A stretch of 64,000 nucleotides of DNA from Glycera tridactyla (Eukaryota): positions 37,820,001-37,884,000 of the forward strand of contig OZ286473.1 of NCBI GenBank assembly GCA_965644265.1, given 5' to 3'. Below the pieces are notes generated by a model that was given only the letters and a program-made list of their open reading frames with translations, did not search any database and had not been told where the DNA came from. Every line of letters starts with the position of its first letter. Position 1 is the stretch's first letter. Position numbers and translations under genes: made by a program. Below are positions 48,757 through 61,560 of this stretch, piece by piece.

Positions 48757-48963
48757 CTTGGAATGTTTGTCCTGTGAGAGGACGATGAAAGAGATACAGC
48801 TGCCAATGATGCCTATGAGACTGATGACTGTTCCTAGCACCGATTGCATGTAGAAGCGACAGACCTGTCCCTCCCGGTGGGCTGGCATCACCTGTTCTGT
48901 TGCCAACTCCGATGAGACGGTTGTGCTCATGTCGTATGCCCAAGACGCCAACGCCTCAGTCAT
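48757..48963 (-). CDS. GPCR coding exon 1 (N-terminus plus TM1)
   Basis: MTEALASW...VLGTVISLIGIIGSCISFIVLSQDKHSK|GTAACT; phase 0 joins exon 2 (355 aa total); upstream acceptor cccaactacAG at 48985. Confidence 0.8.
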
Positions 48964-50497
48964 GATGGTCACCAGCCTATGTTTCTGTAGTTGGGAAAAA
49001 AGGAAAGACAATTCATGTTTAAAAGTATCAAAAACAAGTAACAGAAATTGGACCTTGAGTGTGTGATTGTCATAAATTTCCACCTTCTGTTTGGGACCCA
49101 GAAGGAGTCTTGTAAGATCCCACCAATGTCCATTGCATTTCCACCTTCTGTTTGGGACCCAGAAGGAGTCTTGGAAGATCGCACCAATGTCCATTGCATG
49201 GGCGTCACAATATAGCCTAGATGGTGCTAACGTGACTTGAACCCAAACCAGCCAACCAACCAAGTCATTTGTGGGTATAAAGTACGGAGAATCTGCTCGA
49301 GAGATCACCAGCGCGGAGGTCTCAGTATAGCCCAAAAAGTGCGCACGGAATGTAAAGCAAGCAAGCAATCAATCCCACCACCCTAACAACAACATATTTC
49401 TACCCAGTGCATGCCGACTGAGATATCAAAAGCCGGTCGTATGTATGGGAGTTTATTCCTGTATGCACGTAAAAGAACCACTAGTGTCCTTCTTCATTTG
49501 ATTCGAAACATTTTATTTGCTCCCAATATGGAGGTCTAGAAGACCACATATCCTAGAGTCGAGCATGGTAACATATATACAACATACAGGAAATAGAAAT
49601 ACGAAAATGTCAACACAAGCACAATATGCACGCAGAGTAGGAATGACCCCCCCCCCCCCCTGGCATCAGTGCCTTTTTTATTCAGCATTTTTAGTTTTTC
49701 GGTCCGATAGAATCCAAGATGGTCGAAAGGACGTTAAACCCAAACAAACAAACAACCAACACCAACAATCGTTGAGAGAGGGTTACCAACGACCAATGGG
49801 CCGAACAGGATTTACTTGGAATCAAGACTGCCTTTGAATGCGCAGATGATTTCTTGTTACATTCCAGGAAGGTCCTTTTTATGCCAAGGATGCCCGCTTT
49901 ACCCATAACATCCTTGACAGCAGCAGCCCGTCTGCCTGTAAGCTTGATTACTGTGGGTGTGTGAGAGGAGATGGATGGGTGAAATGCAACCTTCTCAATG
50001 CACCTGTCATATTTTGGTGCGACCAACCATGTTCCTGAGGTAAGAGTTCCTGTTTTCTCATGACATTGGATTGGAATGCTTGTTACCAATTTGATAATGC
50101 TTAAATGAAGGGAGAGGATGGGTTGTTTGTTTCTTTTGTTTGATGTTTAACGGCATGTATCAACCCTAGGGTTATGTATGCCGTGTGTTCCTGGTCAATG
50201 AAAGCTAGATGTTCTCCCCCTGCAGACGTCTCACAAACCCTGAATACAAGATGATGGGGAACCTGAAAGGTTGTCAAGTGGAAGTAGCTAGCAGTTCAGA
50301 CACACCTCTACCTAATCTTCATGAAAACTGAATCTAACGATGGTATGTCTAACTATGTAACTGGCTGGAAGCTAACACTCAAGCATGATAGCAATGCTTT
50401 TTTTTGCAAAGCGCAGCACTTGACAGATAGATAGATGGATGGATGTATAGATGGATGGATGGGTGGATGGACGGGCGGTTGGACGAGAAGAAGGATG

Positions 50498-50563
<66 letters not shown>

Positions 50564-52683
50564 TGGTCAGGTAGACAGACAAAATCATAATTAATCTCAT
50601 CCCCTTGCTTGCTGTTCACAATAATAAGGCAGCTGGAGATATGTCTATACCAACTATATTAGGAAACTTGGAAAAAAAAACAAGCATGCAACCAACCAAC
50701 TGCCAACACAAACTGATATGATTGGAGTGATATAAGAAAGTGTTTCCATCCTGCCTGTGTGTTTTCGGAACATCATTGATATCTGTGTGAGGATAGGACA
50801 CACGTATCACATTCATTTGCAACTTCTGCAGAAATGGCACCTTGAGTGTCTGTGAATTTTATAAATTTTCACCTTCCGTCTGGGACCCAGAAGGAGGAGT
50901 CTTGAAAGATCCCACCCATGCCCATTGCATGGGCGTCACAATATAGCCCAGATGGGGCTGACATGACGTTGAACCAGAACCAACCAACCAACCATTTGCA
51001 ACTTAAAAAAAAGACAAACCCCTTTTGCAGGTGCAGTCTCCTAGAGAGCCATATCTCAATGATGTCGACAGCTTTGTATTCATATTCATTCCCCAATTTA
51101 ACAGGCAAATTTGGAGTATACGTGTTTCGAGATGATATCGGTTCGCCACACTGCTGCCTATTGCATGAAACGTGGTCATCCTATACCAAATACATCCTAT
51201 GTGGATTTCATATCATTTCACCTTCCACTGGGGGCTGGGAAGGAGGGGCATTGAATGGAGAGTCTAAAATGAAGATTTTCATATTTAAATTCAAATCCCG
51301 CCTATGAATCTCAGTGTAGCCAAGATGGGCGTCACAATATGGTTCGTATGACGCTGACTTGACGTAAACCACAACCAACCAACCAACCAACCAACCAACT
51401 GCGCACCTTCTCCCATGTGATACAGATTTCTCCATCAATGCCTTTGCTTATTATTGTTTGTTTATTTGGGTCTAACGTCCTTTCAACCGCCATTGGTTAT
51501 ATCGGACTGAAAAACTGAAAATGCTGAAGAAAAGATTGGTTTGGTTTGGTTTATTTTGGCTGGACGATGGACCTGACCAGAATCCTTTGTGCATGATTTC
51601 TCAGTTATTCGCTTAGAATAGACCCATTATCCTGCGTACTGAGTCAATATGAATATCCACCGATGATTGCGCAAGGATTGCGCAAAAAAGTATGTCTTTG
51701 GCACAGCGTCTGTTTTCTGACCTATCTCTATGTGATTTATGTTATGATGTATGCTATTTCAAGTATTTGTTGTAGATTTCTTGTAACATCAGCCCTCGGG
51801 ATCAAAGCAAGCATGAAACATATAAGCAACTCATATTCGGGTAAAGATACCCATGCCCATTGCATGGGCGTCACAATATAGCCCAGACGGTGCTGACGTG
51901 ACGTTGAACGAGAACCAACCAACCAACCAACCAACCTCCCCTTCACTTCAGAAACTACCTCTTCAATTAAAAATGGAATTTCACGATGGGAAATTTATGA
52001 CTTAAAGCCAGGAGTGTAGAACTTTGCTTCACCTGCAATAATTATAATCCACAATATTCATTCACTGAACAAACCCAGTGCATACCGACTGGGATATCAA
52101 AGGCCGGCCGTGTGTATAGGAGTCTTTTCCTGTATGCACGTAAAAGAACAACTGCTGTCTTTCGCAAAGAGTAGGGACGGCTCACGGCGGCGGTGTCTCT
52201 TTTCATCAGCATTTTCAGTCTGAAATGACCAAAGCTGGTTGAAAGGACGTTAAACCCAAACAAACAAACAAACAAACAAACAAACAAAAAGACAAACAAA
52301 CAGTCACTGAACACAAATACAATAGGGATAGGGAGTTGGGTTCGAATGCCAACAGGCAGTCATCGGGCAGTTATCGGGGTTTAACGACATGTACCGACCC
52401 TGAGAATTTATATAGAATGCCTCCGGTATTTATCATCCGATCTTTCTCTGAAGAAAATGTGAAAAAAGAATAAAATCGATTCAAAATGCCAGAATCGAAA
52501 CAACTCTGCTGTCAGTTGACCCACGTTCTCGATTATGACGTCCTGACACGAACACATGGTGATTACGTGACCAGTGCAGTGTGTATGTTTATACCACACA
52601 TCCGATAACCTCTTAGGTTATCACCCACCTCCGTACCAGCATGGTAGCCAGTGAATACATACAAGCTGGACATGATATCGGAT

Positions 52684-53245
52684 TGTTTGTTTGTTTGAGT
52701 TTAACGTCACTTAAACCTGCTTGGGTTATATCGGACTGAAAAACCTGAAAATGCTGAAGAAAAGAGTCACTGCCTGCCGGGGGCTGTCCCTACTCTTTGC
52801 GAAAGACAGCAGTGGATCTTTAACATGCGTAAAGGAAAAGGCTCCTAAATACACGGCCTGCCTTTGAAATCCCAGTCGGCATGCACTGGGTTAGCATGCA
52901 TACGATTCATATTTGTCTAAATATTCCCAATTCATGCAAATAATCAAATATGTCTGTTGGATCGACTTTCATGAAAAGTTGTGTCATATTTTCAACAGTG
53001 TAATACTTTACCCTAGTTTGCGATAGTTTTCTACAGTCGAGCAATAGATGTTTGACTGTGAGATGGCATCCGCATGCAAAGCAATTAGGATTGCCTTGTT
53101 TTTTCAGAAGGTGTGAATGGGTGAGATATGTATGTCCTATCCTCAGACGGGAAAGTACTATCTCCTCTCTTCTATTCATATTTCTCAAAGGGAATCTGTC
53201 CTCAAGTTTTGTTCTGATACGAAATAATTTATTTCGCTTTTTGGT
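52684..53245 (-). mobile_element. 5'-truncated I/Nimb-clade LINE (ORF2 C-terminus plus 3' UTR, which is family B)
   Basis: RREEIVLSRLRIGHTYLTH and CFACGCHLTVKHLLLDC (CCHC knuckle); 8-bp TSD TATCGGAT; similar fragments at ~56095-56520(-), ~59960-60400(+), ~53450-53820(+). Confidence 0.85.
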
Positions 53246-54137
53246 TATCGGATGATAATATGTATGCTATGCGTTCTTGATCTATGAAAGCCGGATCCTG
53301 TCCCATGCAGGCATCACTCCCATAAACCCTGAAAAGAAGATGATGAGGGCGAAAGAGAAGTGGAAGTATTGGACAGTTCAGACACCTCCTATGCACCTTA
53401 AATGATTTACAGTTTGAAGATAGAACACGCATGTCTCACACTTTTTGAAAGAGAGGCAATCATAATTGCTTCATATGTCAGTGTTAGGTCACAGTTGAAT
53501 ATATGTTGCTTGGTTGTAGAAAAATATTACACATTGGAAAGTTAAATGTGGAAGTTGATTTGGAAGACATTTATTTGCACGAATCGGGAGTATTCAGATA
53601 GATTTAAATCATATGCATGCCAAACCAGTGCACGTGGATGGGGTTCTCAAAGTCGACTGTGTGTATGGAGGTCTATTTCTGTATGCATGTAAAAGAAGCA
53701 CTACTGCCTTTGGCAAAGAGAGAGGGTTTGCCCTTGGCAGTGGTGTCTCCTATCTTCAACATTTTCAGTTCGATATGACCCAGATCTCTGAACTCAAACA
53801 GACAAATAAACAAATAAATGAACTCTCATCCACCCGCTTCATGCCATTCTTTTCACGTGATATGAAGCAAAGGCCAGATAATTGAAACCTGCAGTGCATA
53901 GACAGTCGGACAGGTCTAGAGCTGTCGCCAAAAAGTGTTGTTTGTGGAAGAGTTGTCTCTGTAAAAAATGTGAGAAAATACATTCGTGGCCACCACTAAT
54001 GGTGACCTTCGTCAGCAGGTAGCCAGCCCTTGTCTAGATGTGGTCACTCGAGCAGGTTCAACTGTACTGGAACTCAAGAATAGACAATCAAAATGAAGCT
54101 AAACTATTTGCTCACAGCCAAATATATCACTATCAAT

Positions 54138-54577
54138 GCATTGTACTGCAAGCATAGGGCAAGCCATGATTGTAAAGCTGGTTTGAAGTTGACAGTTCGT
54201 AATTGAAGACATTGTTTGAGTATTCTCCGAACCTAATGCTTTCCCTTGTTTCAAGTACTGCGCTTTGCGTAAAAAAAAAAAGCATAGCTATCAGGCTTGA
54301 GTGTTAGCTTCCAGCCAGTTACATAGTTAGATATGCCATCATCAGGTTCAATATGTCTTTTTTTTATAGAGTTAGAGTTGGTAGGGGTGTGTCTGAACCA
54401 TCAGCTACTTCCACTTGACAACCTTTCGGGGAGTTCCCCATCATCTTGTGTTCAGGGTTTGTGAGAGTGATGTCTGCAGGGGAGAGACCATCTAGCTTTC
54501 ATTAACCAGGAACACACGGCATACATAATCCTGTGGGTTGATACATGCCGTTAAACCTCAAACAAACAAACAAACTC
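54138..54577 (+). mobile_element. Family A retroposon, TSD-bounded
   Basis: 12-bp TSD ATCACTATCAAT (54126-54137, 54578-54589). Confidence 0.9.
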
Positions 54578-54607
54578 ATCACTATCAATACAGCTCAGAT
54601 ATTGACA

Positions 54608-54781
54608 ATAACAGAAATGACACCTTGAGTGTCTGTGAATTTCATAAATGTTCGCCTTCTGTTGGGGATCCAGAAGGAGGAGTTGTGAATGATCCCACCC
54701 ATGCCCATTGCATGGGCGTCACAATATAGCCCAGATGGAGCTGACGTGACGTTAAACCCCCAACAAAACAAACAAACAAAA
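54608..54781 (+). mobile_element. (AAAC)n-tailed retroposon, family C
   Basis: 13-bp TSD TCAGATATTGACA; copies at ~30285, ~30935, ~31690, ~45400, ~49045, ~50830, ~51850, ~60540. Confidence 0.85.
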
Positions 54782-57700
54782 TCAGATATTGACATTAGAT
54801 ACTCCGACTCGTCAATCTATCTGCCCTTCCCAACATCGCGTGTTCTGAGTGAGTTATACTTGCAAGGAACAGGGTACACATGGCGCGCATGCTGTTAACC
54901 CCCTGCCAACCAACCAACCAACCAACAAATCAAACAACCAACCAACAAACAAACCAACCAACAAACAAACCAGCAACCCAACCAAAACCAGAGAGATATG
55001 TACGGTCTGTGGTTCTCACACAACATCCATTTTGGTGTAGATGCAACTGGATGGACCCTTTGATCTACAGTACTATTCTCTATCCAGGTGTGAACTGGTA
55101 ACTGGTGAGTGCTCCACCCGCGCAAGAATGACATTGCCTGTATGCTAGTTAGGTAGTTGAGAAAGGACTACCTAGGAATGTGGGTAGGATAGAATTCATG
55201 CATTTCCCTGTTTCAAGTTCTTAGCTTTGCTCAGAATGAGAAAATTGCTATCGGGTTTGACAGTAAGCTTCAACCGGTGACGTACCTCGATGTGCTGATC
55301 AGTAGCTTTATTTAGATTCAAGTGATATGCGTAGATATGTGTCTGCACTTTCATCTAGTTCCACTTGACAAAATTTCGGGTACCTAATCATCGGGTGTTC
55401 AGGGTTTGTGAGTGATGCCTACTGGGGACAGATCATCCTGATTTCATAGAGATCAAAGACTCAAGCAATATATAACCTCGTCGTCAAATTCCAGCCAACC
55501 AATAACCTACCAACCTCCTATTCAACCAACCAGTCAATCGATCATTCACTCGACTGTCTTCCAAACCTAGTGCATGCCGACTGGGATATCAAAGGCCGGC
55601 CGCATGTACGGGACTATTTTCGTGTATGCACGTAGAAGAAGCATTGCTAGAGTAGGGACGGCCCCCGGCCGCGGTGCCTCTTTTCTTCACCATTGTCAGT
55701 TTTTCAGTCTGATATAACCAAAGCTGGTTGAAAGGACGTTAAACACAAACAAACGAACAAACAAACATACATCACCTTCCATTAATGACCAATATACCAA
55801 CCCAACAACAACTGATCAATTCATCAATCAATCCTCGAGTGGATTTGTTAATTATAAACTGGCACGCCGGGCACATCCATCTCATAATGTATCGCCAGTC
55901 ACTAACCATGTCCCATTAAGCCCAACCATGTCTAGACACCAATATTAGATCTAAAATATCAGCAGGATGAATTATGATTGTTTGGTCAGTTGATGATTTG
56001 CCACCAAAATGGCAGCAGTGCGTAGGATGTGGTCGTATATGACACTCTGTGAATACGGGCTTTTCTCACTACCCTTTTCCCGGCCTCAGGGGTTTCGTTT
56101 GTTTGTTTTGTTTGTTTGGGTTTGATGTCCTTTAAACCACCATTGGTTATATCGGACTGAATGCTAAAGAAAAGAGTCACCGCCGCCGGGGCCGTCCCTA
56201 CTCTTTGCGAAAGACAGCTGTGGTACTTTTACGTGCATACAAGAAAAGACTTCGAAACACACGGTCGGCCTTTGATATCCCAGCCGGCATGCACTGCGTT
56301 AGCATGCACACAATTCATATTTGTATGAATACTCCCAAATTATGCAAATGTATGGATATGTCTGTTGGATCGACTTTCATGAAAAATTGTGTCATATTTT
56401 CTACATTGTAATACTTTACTCTAGTTTGCGATAGTTTTCTACAATCCAGCAATAAATGTTTGACTGTGAGATGGCATCCGCATGCGAAGCAATTAGGATT
56501 TCCTGTTTTTTTCAAAAGGCACTCAGTAGGGGTCCAGGCATACGCAGACAGCCTGATAAATCTTATTCTGTCGGCGAGGCCACCCCACTATCAATGGTGA
56601 CCAATAGGAGTAATATGTTATATCTCATTTTTCATGTTGATCCATTCTTCATGGGCTCTTAACAGCTTCCATACATATCAATATAAAGTCTAATCATCAA
56701 TCTGTGGAATATGGGTTTGATTGCATGAGAGTGAATTAGGAAATTTCTGGTTTGAAATTAGCTATCTTTCTTGATGCATGCCGACTGGGATATCAGAGGC
56801 CGACCGTGTTTATAGGAGTCTCTTCCTGTGCGCACGTTAAAGAACCACCGCTTCCTTTCGCAAAGAGTGGGGATGGCCCCCGGCAGCGGTGCCTCTTTTC
56901 TTCAGCATTTTCAGTTTTTCAGTCTGATATAACCTAAAGTGGTTGAAAGGACGTTACACTTGAACAAACAAACAAACAAACGAGCAAACTTGATGGATGT
57001 CTGCTCTGAGTGACCATATGCAGAGTGATAGTCAACCCACCCCTGCCTCTCCTCCACACATATCCCCCTGTGATGTCGGTATGTGGTTATTACCCCACAT
57101 CTCTGATCTCTGGTTAGCTGGTGAGAGTAAAGCCAGATATGTTTTTGTAGAGCAGGTAGAAGTGTGTCCGAACGGGCAGCTACTCCCACTTGACAACCTT
57201 TCAGGCTCCCCATCATCTTGTGTTCGGGGTTTGTGAGAGTGATGTCTGCAGGGGAGAGAACTTCTAGCGTTCATTAATCAGGAACACACGGCATACATAA
57301 CCCTAGTTTTGATACATGCCGTTAGACCTCAAACAAACAAATATCCCTGACTGCATCACACAAGCAGGCTTTCATCCTCGTCGGCGGAACTAGTATCATT
57401 TTCACTTATTAGATCGCTCTAAGACTTGAGAGGGGCTAGTGAGAAAAGTCCGTATTTAATATTCAGCCACGTGTGGTCGCAGATACAGTGCCTTAGACAA
57501 GAGTTGAAAATGATCCCGTCTCCATTCTCATTGGATGAGCTTATCAACTAGGGCGATAATAACTAACAACAATTGAAGGCGAACAAGTATTTTTGCGATA
57601 TCACGAGTACTCAAATGATTGATTGGTTGAATCGTTGATCTACCTGGTCAGTTATTCTTCTAGTTCTATTTTTTTTCAGTCAATCAGTCTTTCCGCCAGT

Positions 57701-57789
57701 CAATAATGAAGTCAGCCATTGTGCTGGTCTCCAATGTGGTGATGATAGACATTTGGGCCGTCTGTTGACTTCAACAAGGTCCCCACCAT

Positions 57790-58005
57790 TGCCACCGCCG
57801 CCGCCGCCACACCACCACCATCACCAACATCACCATCACCACCACCACCACCACCACCACCAACAGAACGCCGCCACAACCAGCAACACCACCACTACCA
57901 CGACAACGAATACCACCGCCACAGCTACCACACCACCACCACAACAACCACAACCAACCAACCAACCACCACCACCACCATCACCACCTGCATCATCATC
58001 ACATG
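57790..58005. repeat. (CAC/CAA)n low-complexity array
   Basis: Direct reading. Confidence 0.9.
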
Positions 58006-59509
58006 TTTGAAGTACTCTGTCAGTTTAACCCTGTCTCTCCCTGTATGCACGTAGAAGAACCACTGCTGTCTTTCGCAAAGAGTAGGGACGGCCTCTTTTC
58101 TTCAGCATTTTCAGTTTTTCCAGTCCGATATAATCCAAGGGGGTTGAAGAGGCGTTAAACTCAAACAAACGACAGCCATCCCCCCAAAAAACCCACAAAA
58201 AAGGGACACGGTACTCAAATACAACGATGAAATGCATTTCGCACGTATGCATCAGGCGCCTGCCCAGGGCCCTCGAAAAAAAACTACACAGGTTGGCACG
58301 AAAACTAGTGAACCTACCTGTGAAGGGTGTAGAATATCCGGTGTTTCCACCCGCTTTGTCCCGGGGTAGGGTAAACAATAAGCCGACTCACCGGCGGCGT
58401 TCCACCCCCGTCAGCCACACCAACAGTCCTGCTACTGACGCACTCCACCCTCAGATTTTACTAGCACTGCTCATATACCGGAGGGAGGGGGGGGGGGCAC
58501 TTCTTCATATTTAGCAAGTCAAAAATGCTATTAGATTTCGGAATCCGTGTTTTTAAGTTTCTCCAAAATGCGCTCCACCCTCGGATTTCGGATTTACCAG
58601 CGCCAGTCATAATCCAGGGCGAGTTCTGTGATGTGGTACTGTTGAGGGGGAGATGCGACTGATAGTATACCTCACAAGAATGAAATTTGCCTACATGATA
58701 GTATTTCCAATTACCTGTCTATGAAGTCCACCTGCCTATAAAGAGTGTTTGTTTGTTTGGCTTTAACGTAATGGGTCTGGGGTTCAATCCCCGGTCCTAC
58801 CATGCAGGAATGTTTCACCCTTCATCTTCGCTCCTCCTTGGCAGGTGGTCTGATTTAGCCTACTTAAGTGCAGAAAGTGGACCTAAAACCTTAACACTTC
58901 ATTTTCCTTTCAACCACCTTTCATTTTATCAGATCGAAAACCTGAAAATGCTGAAGAAAAGAGGCACCGTTACCGGAGCCATCCCAACTCTTGGCGAGAG
59001 ACAGCAGTGGTTCTTTAACGTGCATACAGGGGATGACTCCTATAAACACGGCCGGCGTTTGATATCCCAGTCGGCATGCACTGGGTTGCCTATAAAAGCC
59101 ATTTTCGATGAGACGAAAGGTGCCCTCTATAGAGTAGTTCGACTGTATTTCGTACATGCGTTATAGGGAGTTACCCAACAAGATGCCTCAGAACGACCCG
59201 AAGTGGGGTGTTTTTGACAATCACAAAGACTGATCCTCTGAAGTGAACCCTGAGACAACTGATGCTGTAAGTTCATACCCGCAGGCTGGCTATAGACCCC
59301 TCTCTGGGTGGCTGTTTTGATAATAACTAACGTATAACGACGGACGCCAGATATACGCATTTATAGCATCATAAATCAGAAAGGTGTATGGAACACACTC
59401 GTCCTGTCCATAATAAAAAGTAGAAATAGTGGTTAATACTGCCATAACTCTCTGTCTTTATTGGATTTTCGACATTTTCAGGACACTTATTTCTGGGGTT
59501 CAATGTGTA

Positions 59510-59960
59510 AACGGTACGGTATGGCATGGTGTGGTATGGTGTGGCATGGTCTGGAACGGTAAGGTGCGGTACGGTAAGGGGAGGCAAGGGAATGGAAGAT
59601 AAGGCATGTTGGCGTGATATTGCATGGCATATCATGGCATGGCATGGCAATGCTCGGTTGGTATGATACAGTAAGGTATGGTATGGTATGGTGTGGTATG
59701 GTATGGTATAGTATGGTAAGGTAATGTAGGTTAAGGTGAGTAAAGTGAGGTATGTTAGGTTAAGTTAAGGTAAGGTATTCACGGCATGACGTGGCATGGC
59801 ATGACATATTGTATTGTATTGTATTGTATTGTATTGTATCGTATGATATTGCGTGGTGTGATTTGAGATGAGGTGAGGTGTGGTGTAGTATGATATGGTA
59901 TGGTGAGGTAGGGTCGAGTGGATTAGGATGGGGCAGAGTACGATGCGGCACGGTACGGTT
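59510..59960. repeat. Degenerate pentamer array (GGTAT/GGCAT/TGTAT)n
   Basis: 5-nt periodicity. Confidence 0.9.
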
Positions 59961-61378
59961 TATTATACCACGTGCTTGGGATAGAAAGACAAGAGGCGAT
60001 CCTAATTGCTTTGCATGCGAATGCCATATCTCACAGTCGAGCATTCATCGCTCGCCTGTAGTAAATTTTCCCAAATCGGAATAAAGCATTACAATGTAGA
60101 AAATATGACAGAACTTTTCATGAACATTAATCGAGTGGACATATTTGATTATTTGCATGAATTGGGAGTATCTAGACAAATATGAATCGTATGCATGCTA
60201 ACTCAGTGCATGCCGACTGGGATATCAAAGGCCGGCCGTGTATATAGGAGTCTGTTCCTGTATACACGTAAAAGAACCACTGCTGTCTTTCACAAAGAGT
60301 AGGCACGGCCCCGGCAGCAGTGCCTCTTTTCTTCAGCATTTGAAGTTCAGTATAATCCAATGTGGTGAAACGGACGTTAAACCAAACAAATAAACCACCA
60401 TCGCCGTGTTTGAACAGATGCATCAAACCTCGAGATATGGCGTTAGACAGATATAGTCTATTCACTGGCAATTATGGATAACTAGCTTCCTGTGAATTCT
60501 CATGGCAAAGGGAAAATAAGATATTGAAAAATAAAATGAAAGAAATAGCACCTCGAGTGTTAGCGACCCAGAAGGAGGAGTCTTGAATGATCCCACCCAT
60601 GCCCATTGCATGAGCGTTACAATATCGCACAAATGGAGCTGGCGTGACGTTAAACTCCCAACAAAACAAACACACAAAACAAACTTTAAAATCATTTATT
60701 TCAATTCAACTTTTGTACAGTGATGGATGAACAAGATATCATAACAAAAGTAAGGCACAATAAAATTAATTGTAATGGTATATTTACATATTTACAGACA
60801 TGCCTTCTGAATTTAGAACGCTTACAGCAAATGGACAGGACAAGCCACGGGGCCAGCAACGGTCCATTAGAAGGAAGAGACACATCAGTGCACAGGTTCA
60901 TGCCTCTCTTGATAGCATGTTTGCTAAGAATTCCTTGACGTAGTACAAGCTTCCCAATGGTTGCTTTAGTTTGTTTGAGGTTTACGGCATGTATCAACCT
61001 TAGGGTCATGTATGCCATGTGTTCCTGGTTGATGAGAGCTAGATGTTCCCTCCCCTGCAGACATCTCTCTCACAAACCCTGAACACAAGATGATAGGGAA
61101 TCTGAAAGGTTGTCAGGTGGAAGTAGCTGACAGTTCAGACACAACTCTACTTTCTCAACATGAACAAACTGAATCTGATGATGGAATATCCAACTATGTA
61201 TTTGGCTGGAAGCTAACACTCAAGCTTGAAACCATTGCTTTCCTTTTTTAGCAATACACAGCACTTGAAACAAGGAAAAGCATTAGATTCGGAGAATAAT
61301 CGACCAATGTGTTCAATTACAAATCACAATGGTTGCACACACATGATGATCTCAAAATTCATTTCCATATTGCAGGGA

Positions 61379-61560
61379 AAAATGGAAATGTTGAGGTTTT
61401 AGGTCCACTTTCTGCACATGAGTAGGCTAAATCGGACCACCTGCCAAGGAGGAGCGAAGATGAAGGGTGAAACATTCCTGCATGGTAGGCCCTGGGATTG
61501 AACCCTGGACCCATTGCATGCCAGCCCAGTACGCTACCACTGAGCCACCGAGGCAGGCCC
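61379..61560 (-). mobile_element. tRNA-derived SINE, best-preserved copy
   Basis: A box TGGCTCAGTGGTAG, B box GGGTTCAATCCC; 13-bp TSD CATATTGCAGGGA. Confidence 0.88.

Noticed and set aside
52870-52905. Twister or HDV ribozyme call for the family B 5' end (CU|AAC context)
   Set aside because: The cleavage-site context is suggestive, but I could not fit the conserved twister loop/pseudoknots or an HDV fold by eye; kept only as a testable hypothesis.
58385-58480. Candidate GPCR first exon or promoter (- strand GTGAGT donor, TCAGT, TATAT)
   Set aside because: TATA-to-Inr spacing (~41 nt) is non-canonical and it lies 9.4 kb from the acceptor; unsupported without transcripts.
61500-61560. tRNA gene
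   Set aside because: A/B boxes are present, but there is no cloverleaf, and it has a TSD and a shared downstream body: a SINE head.
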